From a virus (taxonomy: Duplodnaviria; Caudoviricetes), in the IMG/VR virus record IMGVR_UViG_3300036761_000576, positions 1-62,973 of that record: 62,973 nt of DNA; one strand, written 5' to 3'. A model generated the notes under the pieces. It did not search any database. It was not told where the DNA came from and saw only the letters and a program-made list of their open reading frames with translations. The position numbers and the translations under genes are program-made. Below, one piece after another: positions 26,401 through 33,482 of the stretch. Each line of letters begins with the position of its first letter. The first letter of the stretch is position 1.

Positions 26401-28526
26401 ATGTCGCCGGGCAGCATCCCCGGCGCAGGCGGCGCTACTTCACCGGCGGGAGCAACCGTTGGTATCGCTTCGGCTTGGCCGGGGACTGCGGGGCCCGTGG
26501 CGGCAGGCTCATTCCCTTGCTGGCCCGGTTCCACTCGTCCACTGATACTCCCTGGCTCGCCAGTTTGTCCCGGTTCGCGTTGAAGTACCTCTCCTGTGCC
26601 ATGCTCTTGTAGGGCATTGGGTATCTCCTCGGTTGGTGTCTTCGGCCGCAGTACCCAACCTGTGCCGACCTGTGCAATATCGTGGCTGTCCTCGAGGCCC
26701 AAGCGCTTGATCGCGTTGAGGGCCGGGAGCTTCGCCAAGAACGGGTTGCCGTCGGCTCGGCCAACGTCTCCCGTCTGCATTCCGGCCGGCAATGGCGGCC
26801 CTGTGGGCGCCGCTTCCGGCGCGGCGGGCGTGACGGCAGGCGGAGCGCCCGGTGGCGTCTCCTGCGGCCCGGCAGCGGGCGGCGGTTGCGTTCCTGGAGC
26901 CTGCGGCGGCTTGAATTCGGTCTGCTTTCCACCTTCGTGACCACGAGACACCGCTCCGCCAGCGAGGCCCATACCGAGCCCGGCCGCAGCGCCGCCGAAT
27001 GTCTGGTGCCATACGTCGCGCATCGTGTCGATGCTGGGATCGGCCGCTTGTGCGGATACATTCTCGCCAAGTTGCTGCAACGGATTTTGGACAAGCTCCT
27101 CGCCGGTTTCCACTCCTCCGGTCTTGAGCATCCGCACGAACCGATTTCCGGCCACCTTGCCGCGGAACGCGCTGAATATCATCGCGTCGCCCAGTCCGGC
27201 GAAGGGCATCGTGCCAATGAAGGCGAGCACCGCCGCCTGCGTTCCTTGATTCTTGGCCAAGGCTGCTTTTGCGGCTTCACGATCGCCGCCGTAGCCGTCG
27301 ACGAGTTCCCGGAATGCTGCCGACTTCTCATACAGCATTCCGGTATCCATCTTCTCGATCTCTTCGCGCACGCTACGGTAACTTTGGCCCGCAGCGAAGG
27401 CCCCCTCTCCACCGCCGCCGCCTAACCAGTTCCCGATCTTGGCGGCAGTTTCAACGGAGGGCGTAGCTGCCACAATCTCTTTCGCCGCCGCAGCCTGCGC
27501 CGCTTCTACGGTCAATCCCTTGGCGACGCCAGCACGTGTTGCTTGGGCCAGCACTCCGCTACGCGCCGCTCCCTCAAGCGCAGTCTTCGCCGCCATCTTC
27601 GCCGCGATGGACCCAGCCGCCATCGACGGCACCATGCCAAGCACCATTTCCGGCGCCGAACCGAGGATGCCAATCGCCCACGATTTCGGGTCGGCTGCTG
27701 CGGCACCCTCTTCCCACGGGAACAGGTCCCATCGTTTTTCTGCGGCCGCAGCCCACTCTGGCGTGCGTGCAGCTATCTGCTTCTCTCGCATTGCGTCAAG
27801 CGACGGCATCCCCATCACTTCGCCGAGCTTTTCGATGCCCCATACCACGTTGTCGCCCAACGTCATTTGAAGCAGCGAACGCACGTCCTCGCCGGGGGCG
27901 ATCCAGCCCCCATAGAACTCGTTGCCGATCTTGGAGAAGATGCTGGGTTCCGCTTTCGGCGTTGCGGCCGTCCAGTCGATCGGCAAAGGCGCACCGAGCC
28001 GCGACTCCCAATCCTTCCCGAATTGCCCTGTCGCCGGCAACGCGCGACGCGGGACCAGAGGCTCTCCGGCGTCTGTCGTTGTCGTCGAGTTCGGCGCGAG
28101 GACCCGGGCGGCGGGCGGTCCTGCCTCGCCCATCACCTTCCGCACATAGTCTGGCGTGCGCGTGATCCCGTCTGAGTTGTCGGGAATCCCATTGCCGCCA
28201 GCGTTGAGATCTGCCTGAACGTTGCCAGGGCCGGTATGAAATGCGGCGATACCAACGGGCAATGATCCGAATTTGTTGATCTGCTTCGAGAGATACCCAA
28301 CGCCCATCGAGATATTGCTGCGCCAGTCGAGCGGATCCCCGCCGCCCATTTCCTCGACCGTGGCTGGCATCAACTGCATCATCCCCTTGGCGTTCTTGTA
28401 TGAAACGGCCAAAGGATCACCACGCGATTCGACGCCGATCAATTTCTCGGCGATTGGGCGCGGGACGTTGGGAAATTGCGAAAGGACGTCGGTCAGGTGC
28501 GCGCTGAGTTCTTCCGGGGTCGGCAT
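14484..28526 (-). CDS. Giant polyvalent virion/ejection protein (SLT, 2H phosphoesterase, LPD5/LPD1-like, JAB, PRTase, zincin, PLxRFG)
   Basis: ESRGD..AKGMMQLMP; HVT/HIT; DFGPKIGGARKD; HEWFH...EMGARAFE; HNHPSG..S..D; LADDVSTMGGT; HELFH; PLMRFG. Confidence 0.9.
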   Translation of the reverse strand: MPTPEELSAHLTDVLSQFPNVPRPIAEKLIGVESRGDPLAVSYKNAKGMMQLMPATVEEMGGGDPLDWRSNISMGVGYLSKQINKFGSLPVGIAAFHTGPGNVQADLNAGGNGIPDNSDGITRTPDYVRKVMGEAGPPAARVLAPNSTTTTDAGEPLVPRRALPATGQFGKDWESRLGAPLPIDWTAATPKAEPSIFSKIGNEFYGGWIAPGEDVRSLLQMTLGDNVVWGIEKLGEVMGMPSLDAMREKQIAARTPEWAAAAEKRWDLFPWEEGAAAADPKSWAIGILGSAPEMVLGMVPSMAAGSIAAKMAAKTALEGAARSGVLAQATRAGVAKGLTVEAAQAAAAKEIVAATPSVETAAKIGNWLGGGGGEGAFAAGQSYRSVREEIEKMDTGMLYEKSAAFRELVDGYGGDREAAKAALAKNQGTQAAVLAFIGTMPFAGLGDAMIFSAFRGKVAGNRFVRMLKTGGVETGEELVQNPLQQLGENVSAQAADPSIDTMRDVWHQTFGGAAAGLGMGLAGGAVSRGHEGGKQTEFKPPQAPGTQPPPAAGPQETPPGAPPAVTPAAPEAAPTGPPLPAGMQTGDVGRADGNPFLAKLPALNAIKRLGLEDSHDIAQVGTGWVLRPKTPTEEIPNALQEHGTGEVLQREPGQTGEPGSISGRVEPGQQGNEPAATGPAVPGQAEAIPTVAPAGEVAPPAPGMLPGDIGRPNDGLPFAARKAAGNRMELQGLGDTHAVAEIGDKAFVIRPKGTEQAQIPAAPAAPEAQIPAVTTDLEARLRAERDSLPKTRQKAFGAGTFDAATHSLVADDGTHALQWRPLATKPEGVIQLEKREAPAKVEAAKEVPGAGPQEFNSTQVALPSGLAKDVKTAAKAMIAPADRHPEKGLEDRPHVTVKYGLHENAPEAVRKLIESEPPITGTIGKLEVFQPEGKDYDVLVARVDSPDLHRLNAKIASLPHTDTFPEYRPHITLGYGKRGTLTAGGKNPLEGREFKISTLEFSDQNEKVTEIPLKGEVAKTALAPRTQLYAEWGSKRHPVESVADAQAKWTEFRDKSGAGVSQVGNGVRVTDETGKLVARISYNGRVWDKEDGTKVDKPAESQGEALDQWWAGLSSNARTNFLLGVDSKKKAGVLWSKLPPDEQKAIVAARDKSVAAQAKRVADALAEWKVGDWTVPMGAISNDTEGHSVYHSGLKGTIVAIDPETAKADVELRSIYVRKGEPTVIRVHVTELEFDYSNPQGRASKVPPEGDPREAERARVAAGNAAPPAGQTMAEDGREKTKPATRYEYAAPLKGESAAEVKAKMNVVDALNGKITVDELVKKLRASGLPNGTLTAITERLGDRMRVDQQHAMLAEQEASKPRSEKQLDRDAELAKRGRNRKILYPKTDSLIPAIIKLGGLSNEYRADVVGEKNVNPRLPFVGSLFRKGGLGLDDMAGVLEGYNYLTENDADQVTGASNRLVDLIQRELAGNKTYARGVRGEEVQFEQLAERREEIGLEQEAAAQAHAAGDEFAGIATPEALFGDAGLDPHSPVDLAAVDLVAQAAAIDDGAVERLSIQHADDEAGFLAAIRAFLKDHEDAHAKVIAQGSEASPAPASGHATVAPETFTLTAQTNAEIVAAEKKAKAAEDAKQAAAAKDAIDEGVGGFQLTGSSRQRDVGAAAGQAEFPTAETPPAAEAAEIAKQVEAIEPALADPATEIETIGKGESVADFGPKIGGARKDTATPLGKRGTISKVVDERPAWARPYIAMEQLERSSSYSFPMRNAEQPKKTGKWELMRANRGASGAVSRASRTVFDTEEDALAAIPLAEVARNHRVYSYKDKDGEQKQGIFRQIGERKRALVKGGFATEEDAMKAMASDPVPIIEHKFQFPEKPWLDRIERVGEPKRKGDVTTKMFQEAFGFRAGEFGNWNMGSDGQAALNHAYDALHDLADTIGVPAKALSLNGELAVAFGARGTGGVGAAAAHYGPDKVVINLTKIRGAGSLAHEWFHALDDYLTKSADNAKAQRARTVLKEGRPYATYGFPYNTDARPELIAAFKHLVDTMTAKKEGVAVDENVATRRLTTAQESLKYNLDGLRSEIAKKAEYGQKKGAATPAQLKAWDALAERAMAGDNGADVQVPPPKGAGRFSFGYGSSEVVRVLNAIYKEVRGRSFDRADPDSQGRRLHWHIKSVKDMQDRVASAQKGTIEERRTGTEYLNEANKIDGLRASDYWSTRHEMGARAFESYIFDQLAAAQKKSDYLVHAVENKYYAAFDMKPYPEGAERAAIDAAFDDLFNVIQTKETDKGIALYEPNGAYNKTGEPTPPDPFSDPYEPLKTRPGTTDAQKDDGRAALAAAERRIFGPAGSGRHGAALLGSRISKDFRADGGVTLVGQQVRGPQDLATIAQVLRDPRFETFRVFYVDSADRVIGEGTYSSRLPGAVHLPADLDQHVAADKLRFGKGQFGHVRYWLLHNHPSGLAEASGSDRFLTDMLKQNVPGFVGHVIIDHNEFHQILADGTDSTVPAPELNSKALAGSNVEAPHPMLGRPITGPSQMVAIAKELQTRDGYVTVIATGGPRGLIGLVTEIPVPSLQPKTRPESIRMLAAVRRAMLQAGTGGYLFAVTPTSAMSPEYALLRKSGVFGDVIAAGDENSVAARGDMAPGKVPVSRIDKTGRKSPDLPSWYAKEQEATYSPDQGEAMFSRATRREGLPAETKQIASSRNTNALKGHADYIAAKAGDPEAAERLVRDLVNEDDLDEARKAFGGGALFAWPHAEEASGLNALPAALAARYAEATDGALAPVIVQTNHAFHTGAKAMERLIARPVFDGEVVSGARYVLADDVSTMGGTLAELGDHIRAGGGEVIGTVVLTDASRTPTMQASKQQINQVEQRYGDAVREIFNIEPAALTAAEAGYILSFRDADSLRNRAGAAERERDARLHAKGIQPAEKVEPPGSAQSRANEARPSGGLSASGVHSQVDSFTSEAWPERVVVQHVADLPFKASPDTRGASHGGKLYFVADNLFSPVDVEHVAFHELFHDQLKREPALRGEFDRLVAINPNLRKAAAAWRAANGRDGRSEFAHRFQSYEEALADLGQRGANLTGLGRFLAAVQTWLRKMGLTRMADAMEGFTDAEALAYVNDVLRGSQATAERPAGDRQAAASRKAPIWRSALAESVAAKAPFSKAGVIDSPQLARWLEARTKDGTFKKDELEWSGLTDFLKLERRVTRDQVGAFLDENGTRLDERVLGEKKAESDGDTVESLTARLAHLGYTPDIDYESRLQGLTRDRDDMYFVFDEGTREWTNADPDSEPDEGDTVETLHSNVAAPATRLGELRDNESNYSGPRPGEPKHAQWQQPGGSNYRELLITLPRRETTTGDVAKRLFGTSILENLSDSQRDRLVEEMRNTPNGNRDFRQGHYSDVADNVLVHVRMNERTDAEGKPVLFIEEIQSDWAQKGRKEGFNDNDKRAKLAAERAAIQARSGGDMRNAGAADLARMDEITPEYDRLGAAPPPAPFVQKTEAWVALALKRAIRYASENGMDAVAWTTGDQQNKRYSLSSQVDGIKWDPVIGTTKQDVKITTVGHGSIRFTVDGGKIVDHHTNVHAERLVGKGLDEVLGKEVAEKIAAKHKGELSGEGLDIGGSGMRGFYDRIIPSVANDILKKLGGERVRTFKGVVENGVQFQHYEGPIPTARDVHEKIHEKDHGATLERQLRSVVEAMGQGVPFRTAIQEHGSANLAELFGGKLVQTAKVGEQQGFDITPAMREKALAGMPMFSRAIPGLGPVTREGIQDRLAFLLNSSKTLNWWHKSVGTMYHIAETVPAFKPVFRLAQKYINDTNQFSMDAAQLAPDLLPTLKNIRDVLPNILRSKDKQAPSRADFDAVAKAIFDGTLEDKKVYSDEELAAKGLTAKQVDLYRQARAALDRSLDDLAASSAAQQVRGTPLSRSVIEAAKADPVGAPGIYDAFLRPIAEREQAGYRRAVDKRTAELKAFDKATAPLLKAAKGPGGRLTVEAARKEQRAELEARHDFAVKAWETTRDISAKMLSDVSKTFDRAKTLKAEGYAPLMRFGQYTVFVQDPETKESIFFGMYESQAEQRRMERRMKEEYPDAEVYTNIMSKEAYKLYGGISLDSLKLFAHAIGAEESAVFQQYLRLAVNNRSALKRLMHRQGTPGFEQDVTRVLATFVTSNARLASKNYHLGEMREAVNELGRGDVKDHAIKLLDYVQNPTEEASAIRGLLFVNYLGGNIASALVNMTQPVTQTLAYLSQFTGPAGAAKALTGAARAAAGGPINEPALRAALLQAEKEGITEPHEIHALYAESIRTLGGSLPARKFLRAWGSLFSLAEAWNRKITFIAAWRAAQDMTPEQFRKAGVTDAYAFAEKAVHDTQGVYSRANRPVWARSGVGATLFTFKQFSIAYVEFVKRLPPREQALAIAILIFAAGLQGLPFAEDLEDLVDTIGQAIGYNTNSKRWLHDLAPDFMMHGISGVTGFPVDIGRLGFGNMVPGTAILKRSEVDKTRDVNEAFGPIGGFVQGIGRAWDAAVAGDKRGVAVSMAPTAVQNAMKAIDMMQTGHYRDFKGRNVIETTGADAAAKAIGLQPQSVAVASRKARDIQQDIGLAKRVQGDIAGLMAEGRFENDPSKVERARADLVDWNEKNPDSRIRIDMAGVNQRVKAMRALREERIAKTAPKGMRPAVREALQ

Positions 28527-29854
28527 CAACGGACCTGTGACATTGCCGCGTTGAGTTCGCGCAGTTGCGACGGAGAAAGGTTACCGCGTTGTGCGTCATA
28601 CTTCTGTGCCAAGGCCAGCGGCGCGAGGGTGGTCTTGTCGGCGTCGAATGCGGCCTGAACCGCCTTCGGGCCTTCGTCCGCTGCGGATTGCATGGCGAGC
28701 TTGCGCGCCTGAAAACCTTGTCTTCCAGCAACCGAGAATCGGCTCGGCGGCAATGGTGCGACAGGCCCCGCCGGTTGGTCCGGTGGCGGTTCAGGCAACG
28801 TGCGCTGGCCTACCTTCAATTTCGTGGGGGCAGCGGCCCCCGGAGGCAGATTCTTGCCGCTGATGTAGGCGAGCTTCGCCGCATTCGCCGTCTCCCTGTC
28901 GGGATAGGAGCCCACAGGTTGCCACTTGCCGGGCCCACCCATCTTGTCGACCAGAAGGAATCCGTTGCCATCCGGATTCTGGTGCACGTCGACGAACTGG
29001 AAGCGCGTCAACTTGTCGGCCAGCTCAATTGCCTTGCTGGGGTCGGCGCTTGTGTCCAGATTCTTCACCAGGTCTTCCACGATTTTCTTGCGCACCGCGA
29101 CGGGACTTCCTCTCATTTCAGCGATCTCGCGTGCCGAATCTGCCTTGACGCCAGCGACTTCAAGTGCGCTGGAGAAACGATCTTGCTTCTGTTGAGCCAA
29201 CAGATCGTTGCGCTGCCCCATCAACAGGGCGCGCTCTTCCGCTGCCGCGGCCTGCGTTTTTAGCGCTTCGCCGTGCGCCTTCTGATACCCGGCGAGCGAT
29301 TCTTGGCCAGCGGACAGAATCCGGTTGTGCTCCTTCTGCACGCCGATGCTCTGCTCGTGCTGCTGCTGCGCGAAGTAGTCCTTGTACGACAGGAGAGACT
29401 TCCGCATAGCGTCAGGATTGAACGTCGCCGGAGGGCCGTTAGCACGGTTCGCTGTGATGGTCCCGTCGTCGTTTTTTACAATATCCGTCACGTCGTTGAA
29501 GCGCCCCGACCTGTTGAACGCTTGCGCAGCTCCAGCCATGTCACCGGCGTCCACACGGCCGAGAGCTTCGAACACGTTTTCCTTCGCCGCTTCGCGCCCT
29601 CGATTGAGCCAGTCCAAACCTTCCGACAGGCCGTGCTTGTAGTAGATCTGCGCCATCTTGTACATCTGGTCGGGGTTGCTAAAGAACTCGTGCGCAATCG
29701 CGAGATTCGGCAACTTAGGACCGTATTGCGCTCCCTGGTCTTGGCCTCCACCACCAGAAGCAGATGAGCCGCCTTGCGGGACCTCATTGAAGCCGCCAGG
29801 AGGCGCCGCAGGAGGCTCCGTCGGCGTGGCATCAGCGAACGTTTTCGGATCCAT
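28526..29854 (-). CDS. Putative DNA-ejection (internal virion) protein
   Basis: A/Q/G-rich helical protein coupled directly upstream of the giant protein. Confidence 0.7.
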   Translation of the reverse strand: MDPKTFADATPTEPPAAPPGGFNEVPQGGSSASGGGGQDQGAQYGPKLPNLAIAHEFFSNPDQMYKMAQIYYKHGLSEGLDWLNRGREAAKENVFEALGRVDAGDMAGAAQAFNRSGRFNDVTDIVKNDDGTITANRANGPPATFNPDAMRKSLLSYKDYFAQQQHEQSIGVQKEHNRILSAGQESLAGYQKAHGEALKTQAAAAEERALLMGQRNDLLAQQKQDRFSSALEVAGVKADSAREIAEMRGSPVAVRKKIVEDLVKNLDTSADPSKAIELADKLTRFQFVDVHQNPDGNGFLLVDKMGGPGKWQPVGSYPDRETANAAKLAYISGKNLPPGAAAPTKLKVGQRTLPEPPPDQPAGPVAPLPPSRFSVAGRQGFQARKLAMQSAADEGPKAVQAAFDADKTTLAPLALAQKYDAQRGNLSPSQLRELNAAMSQVR

Positions 29855-29855
29855 A

Positions 29856-30230
29856 TCAGCTCAATGTCCAGTCGTAGACAGACGGCAGCGTTCTCGGCAC
29901 GCGCTTCTGAGTCACGAATGGTGTCGGCTCCGTCGGTTGCTGCGCCTCAAGACCAGGCGGTTGCGTGAACATCGGCGTTGGCGGCTGCGCACCAAGGGGA
30001 TTTGGATCTACGGCTTCGGCAGCGGGATTTCGATTTCCAATAAGAGAGGCTTGCGCATCGCGTCGAGCCATCCAATCCTGTTGAAACTTCTCTTGGAAAT
30101 CTTTCACGCTAATACCAGCTTCCTTGTTCGCATTGATCTTGTTGAGCAGTGACCCCGCTTCGAGGCCGCCTCTGAAACCAGACGCCGCGCCACCGGCCAC
30201 GTATCCAATCTGCGAAAGTAGTCTAGCCAT
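29856..30230 (-). CDS. Putative small ejection protein
   Basis: GGAASGFRGG N-terminus; position in the ejection cluster. Confidence 0.6.
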   Translation of the reverse strand: MARLLSQIGYVAGGAASGFRGGLEAGSLLNKINANKEAGISVKDFQEKFQQDWMARRDAQASLIGNRNPAAEAVDPNPLGAQPPTPMFTQPPGLEAQQPTEPTPFVTQKRVPRTLPSVYDWTLS

Positions 30231-31110
30231 GTCGTTTCTCCAGTTTGGTCACCTTCTTGTCGAGTTGCTGCACCGCGCCGAGTGTCAAACCCGCTATATC
30301 CTGGTGCGCGATCATCTTTCCATCGCCGATGCCGGTGGCCGCTTGCATGTCTTCGGCCATCGGTCCAACGTGCTGACCAGGCAGCATCCCAAGGCCGCGC
30401 TTGTACTTGTAGGTCTGCACCGGCATCTTTCGCGTCGCCTCCAACGCGCCCGTCGCCAGACGGCGCTGCGTTTTCAATTTCTTCGACGAGAATCCGCCCA
30501 ACGCAGCATAAACTCCGAGTCCAGTTCCGAATGCAGAGCCAAGCCCCGCAAGACCAGAATTGTCTTGCGCCTGTTGGTCAAGTTGATTTCTCTGCTGCGC
30601 TATCGCATTGGTGACACCGTAGTTGTATTGCTGGCCACCGGCAGTGGCCGCGCCGATCGCCTGGCCCACCTTTGCATCCCCGCGTCCAGAGAGCCCTACC
30701 AAAGTGTCGTAGGCGAGCTGGCGCGTGTTTTGGCGCGACGTCGTCCCCGCCGCCGCCGTAGCCAAGCCCTGCGCGGCATCGAGCCCACGGTTGACGTAGC
30801 TGTAGCGCCCGCTGTTCGGATTAACGCCCAGGCTGGCAAGATTGGCATCGGACGCCGTCTTGGCCTCTCCGAATTTCCGCGACACGTCCGCTTGCGCTAG
30901 ACCCGCCTGTTCGTTGGCGTAAGCCGGCGTCTGCCACTGCTGCACCGACTGCACCGCCTGATCTTCCAGTGGATTGAAGACCGCCGTCGCCCGGTTCTGC
31001 CGCTCCTTGGCGATCTCCGCCAAAGTGGTCATAAAGATGTTGTCGGCAGGAGCCGGCACGTTCGGCGCCGGCGCCGAGGAACCGCTACCGCCACAAAGAT
31101 CGCACCCCAT
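30223..31110 (-). CDS. Ejection-type protein with C-terminal peptidase S74 chaperone domain
   Basis: GVNPNSGR, Gly-rich hydrophobic stretch, SSKKLK...YKYK...GPMAED. Confidence 0.75.
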   Translation of the reverse strand: MGCDLCGGSGSSAPAPNVPAPADNIFMTTLAEIAKERQNRATAVFNPLEDQAVQSVQQWQTPAYANEQAGLAQADVSRKFGEAKTASDANLASLGVNPNSGRYSYVNRGLDAAQGLATAAAGTTSRQNTRQLAYDTLVGLSGRGDAKVGQAIGAATAGGQQYNYGVTNAIAQQRNQLDQQAQDNSGLAGLGSAFGTGLGVYAALGGFSSKKLKTQRRLATGALEATRKMPVQTYKYKRGLGMLPGQHVGPMAEDMQAATGIGDGKMIAHQDIAGLTLGAVQQLDKKVTKLEKRHG

Positions 31111-31600
31111 CACGCACTCCTTCTCGTGTTGCTGTCTCTGTCCTAAGATTGTCCAGGTAGCCGACGAATCCTTCGTCATGCACCCACTCGCGGAGCTTGC
31201 CGCCCTGCTCCACGCCCCATTCCACGCCGCCGATCAAGGTCGCGCTCATCGTAGCCAGGTCGACATAGGAACTTCGCGTTATGAACGCGATCATCAGCGC
31301 ACCAGCATCAGGGGATTCCATGCGCTCGATGTTGTTGGCGATGCGCCAGTTGACGATGGCGTTGACCAGAATCGGCTGCAACACCGAGCGATGCGTCGCG
31401 TAGAAGGCGTTGTTCGGGATCGCAATCAAGGTCAGCCAAAACGCCTCGTGAATATCCTCGTCGGTGAGCTGCTTGTCCTTGTCGACGAGGTCATCCCACA
31501 CGTGAAGCACCCGCGCGATATCGTGCAGGAACTCGATCGCGCTTGCGTTACCTTGCACGGCGCGCGCGACCAGCGGATCGGTTATAGGCTCATTCATCAT
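31085..31600 (-). CDS. Isoprenoid-synthase-like helical protein
   Basis: HVWDDLVDKD (DDxxD motif). Confidence 0.6.
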   Translation of the reverse strand: MMNEPITDPLVARAVQGNASAIEFLHDIARVLHVWDDLVDKDKQLTDEDIHEAFWLTLIAIPNNAFYATHRSVLQPILVNAIVNWRIANNIERMESPDAGALMIAFITRSSYVDLATMSATLIGGVEWGVEQGGKLREWVHDEGFVGYLDNLRTETATREGVRDGVRSLWR

Positions 31601-32475
31601 TCAAACCAAGAAAGCAAAACGTAGCCATGGCCGCCACGAGCCCCCTCGTTTCCCAGGGTAATGACGCCGGGGCGTACTTCCGTATTTCCGCCCGCCCCTC
31701 CTCCACCGGCCCCGTGGGAAGACACGAATGGGCCAGACGAGTCATTTCCCCCACCATCGCCACCAGGCCCATAGTTGCTGGCTGCGCCGCCGCCGCCGGC
31801 ATTGGCGCCGGAATGATTGACTCCTTTAGCTCCGCCAGCCCAAGGGCCGAGAGGAGCGCCGTTCCCGCCAGAACCAGGAGTGAGCGCATTGTTGCCGGTG
31901 CCTCCGCCGGAGCCGGGCCAAAAACGCCCACAACATTTTCTGAGCGCAAAGAAGCCATCCAACGGTGCATCGGAAAAATTTATCGGTGCGGTCGATCCAA
32001 GTTGGCCGGGATTCTGCCCGGTCTGTCCAGCCGAAACGCCACCACCCATAGAACCGTGATTCGCCCCTGATCCGCCGCCAGTTCCGCCCCACCCGCCGCG
32101 CAGCCGGATAGTAGTAGTCGGCCCCGTAATGACGGTGTCGTCCCCACCCTCACCAAAGAGATTGGGGCCGGCAAATGAGTTGTAGGTTATGGCTTGAAAG
32201 ACGTTATGTACGGGGACTGGCCGGATGTCACCAGGATGCCCACCCTTACCAACGTCAATTAAAACGCTGCCCAAAGGCGTGACGGCCATGCGCACCCCAG
32301 AACATGACTCACCAGAGCCACCCGCCCCGCTTCCCATCGGCCAACCTTTTTGGCTAGAACCTCCTCCCCCGCCGCCAGCTACGGCGGTGACAAAGATCCA
32401 GGTCGTAGTTGCTGGCACATTAAATGTCACCTGGACGCCGACGGTGAAAAAAAATTCCTGGGCGCGAAAAATCAT
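31597..32475 (-). CDS. Glycine-rich tail fibre-like protein
   Basis: FNVPA...VTAVAGGGGGG...GGHGYVLLSW. Confidence 0.75.
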   Translation of the reverse strand: MIFRAQEFFFTVGVQVTFNVPATTTWIFVTAVAGGGGGGSSQKGWPMGSGAGGSGESCSGVRMAVTPLGSVLIDVGKGGHPGDIRPVPVHNVFQAITYNSFAGPNLFGEGGDDTVITGPTTTIRLRGGWGGTGGGSGANHGSMGGGVSAGQTGQNPGQLGSTAPINFSDAPLDGFFALRKCCGRFWPGSGGGTGNNALTPGSGGNGAPLGPWAGGAKGVNHSGANAGGGGAASNYGPGGDGGGNDSSGPFVSSHGAGGGGAGGNTEVRPGVITLGNEGARGGHGYVLLSWFE

Positions 32476-32478
32476 AGG

Positions 32479-33480
32479 TCAGGAAGGCGCTGTCCAAGTT
32501 CCTGAACCAGCGGTCTTTACTTCAAATGAGCCGCCAATGTAGGTGACTAGAAGGTAGCCGTTGGTGCCAGCACCACCAGGCATTCCTCCCGCCCTGCCGC
32601 CGCCTCCGCCGCCGCCGCAACCGTAAGCTGTGGCCGCTGCCGACGACCCCGCCGCACCGCCAGCGCCGGCGTCACCACCGATGCCGTAGATGGTCGCCGC
32701 ACCACCGCCACCACCAGCCGACGAACCCGCCAACGCCCCACCGGCGCCGCCGACCAGTTGCCCGCCACCGCCGCCTCCTGGCCCGCCGGGAGAACTGGTT
32801 GAGAAACCGCCACCACCACCTCCGGATCCACCAAAATAGGTCGCCGTTTCAGGATTACCGAAGCCGCCTGTTGCCCCAGGGTTACTACCTACCCCGCCGA
32901 CACCGCCACGTGCTCCACCTCCTACTCCGCCCGTGGTCGATGACCCAGTTTTTCCGGCGCGGCAGGCCAATATGCTGAATGTGCTGTCGCCTCCATTTTG
33001 GGCGGCAGCTCCCCCGGCCCCCACTGACCACGATACCGTCGCGCCCGGAGCGATGTAGATCAACTCGCCCTCGACCGATTCTCCTGAGCCGCCGCCGCCG
33101 CCCCCAGCAGCCGCCGCGGTTGACGTATTGCCACCACCCCCCCCGGCGACCATCGTCACCCATACCGTACCACCGAAGCCGATGACCCCCGGAGGGCCTT
33201 GCGGCCCAGGTGGACCTACGGCTCCTCCGTGTACATTGACCACGTCCGACATTTCTGTCGGTTTGATCGGCTTGTTGATAATCGTCGTCTGTGACGCGAG
33301 AAGCTCGTCGTGTGTTACCAGCGTGTAGCCATTGATGCCGTTATAGCCAAGGCGGTTCTCGAGCACACCCCACAGTTTTGCCAATTCCTTGCGCGTGGCA
33401 TCATCGGCAATGGACCCAAGGGGCCCGCGTGCCTCATCTAAATTCGGCGTCGGCCTAGCGGCGTCTGGATTGGTCGGCAT
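32479..33480 (-). CDS. Tail fibre protein with short collagen segment and Gly-rich domain
   Basis: GPPGPQGPPG then VTMVAGGGGG...GTNGYLLVTY. Confidence 0.75.
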   Translation of the reverse strand: MPTNPDAARPTPNLDEARGPLGSIADDATRKELAKLWGVLENRLGYNGINGYTLVTHDELLASQTTIINKPIKPTEMSDVVNVHGGAVGPPGPQGPPGVIGFGGTVWVTMVAGGGGGNTSTAAAAGGGGGGSGESVEGELIYIAPGATVSWSVGAGGAAAQNGGDSTFSILACRAGKTGSSTTGGVGGGARGGVGGVGSNPGATGGFGNPETATYFGGSGGGGGGFSTSSPGGPGGGGGGQLVGGAGGALAGSSAGGGGGAATIYGIGGDAGAGGAAGSSAAATAYGCGGGGGGGRAGGMPGGAGTNGYLLVTYIGGSFEVKTAGSGTWTAPS

Positions 33481-33482
33481 TG

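Noticed and set aside
14484-28526. Calling the giant protein DarB
   Set aside because: Similar size and locus, but no methyltransferase or SNF2 helicase motifs could be found by eye.
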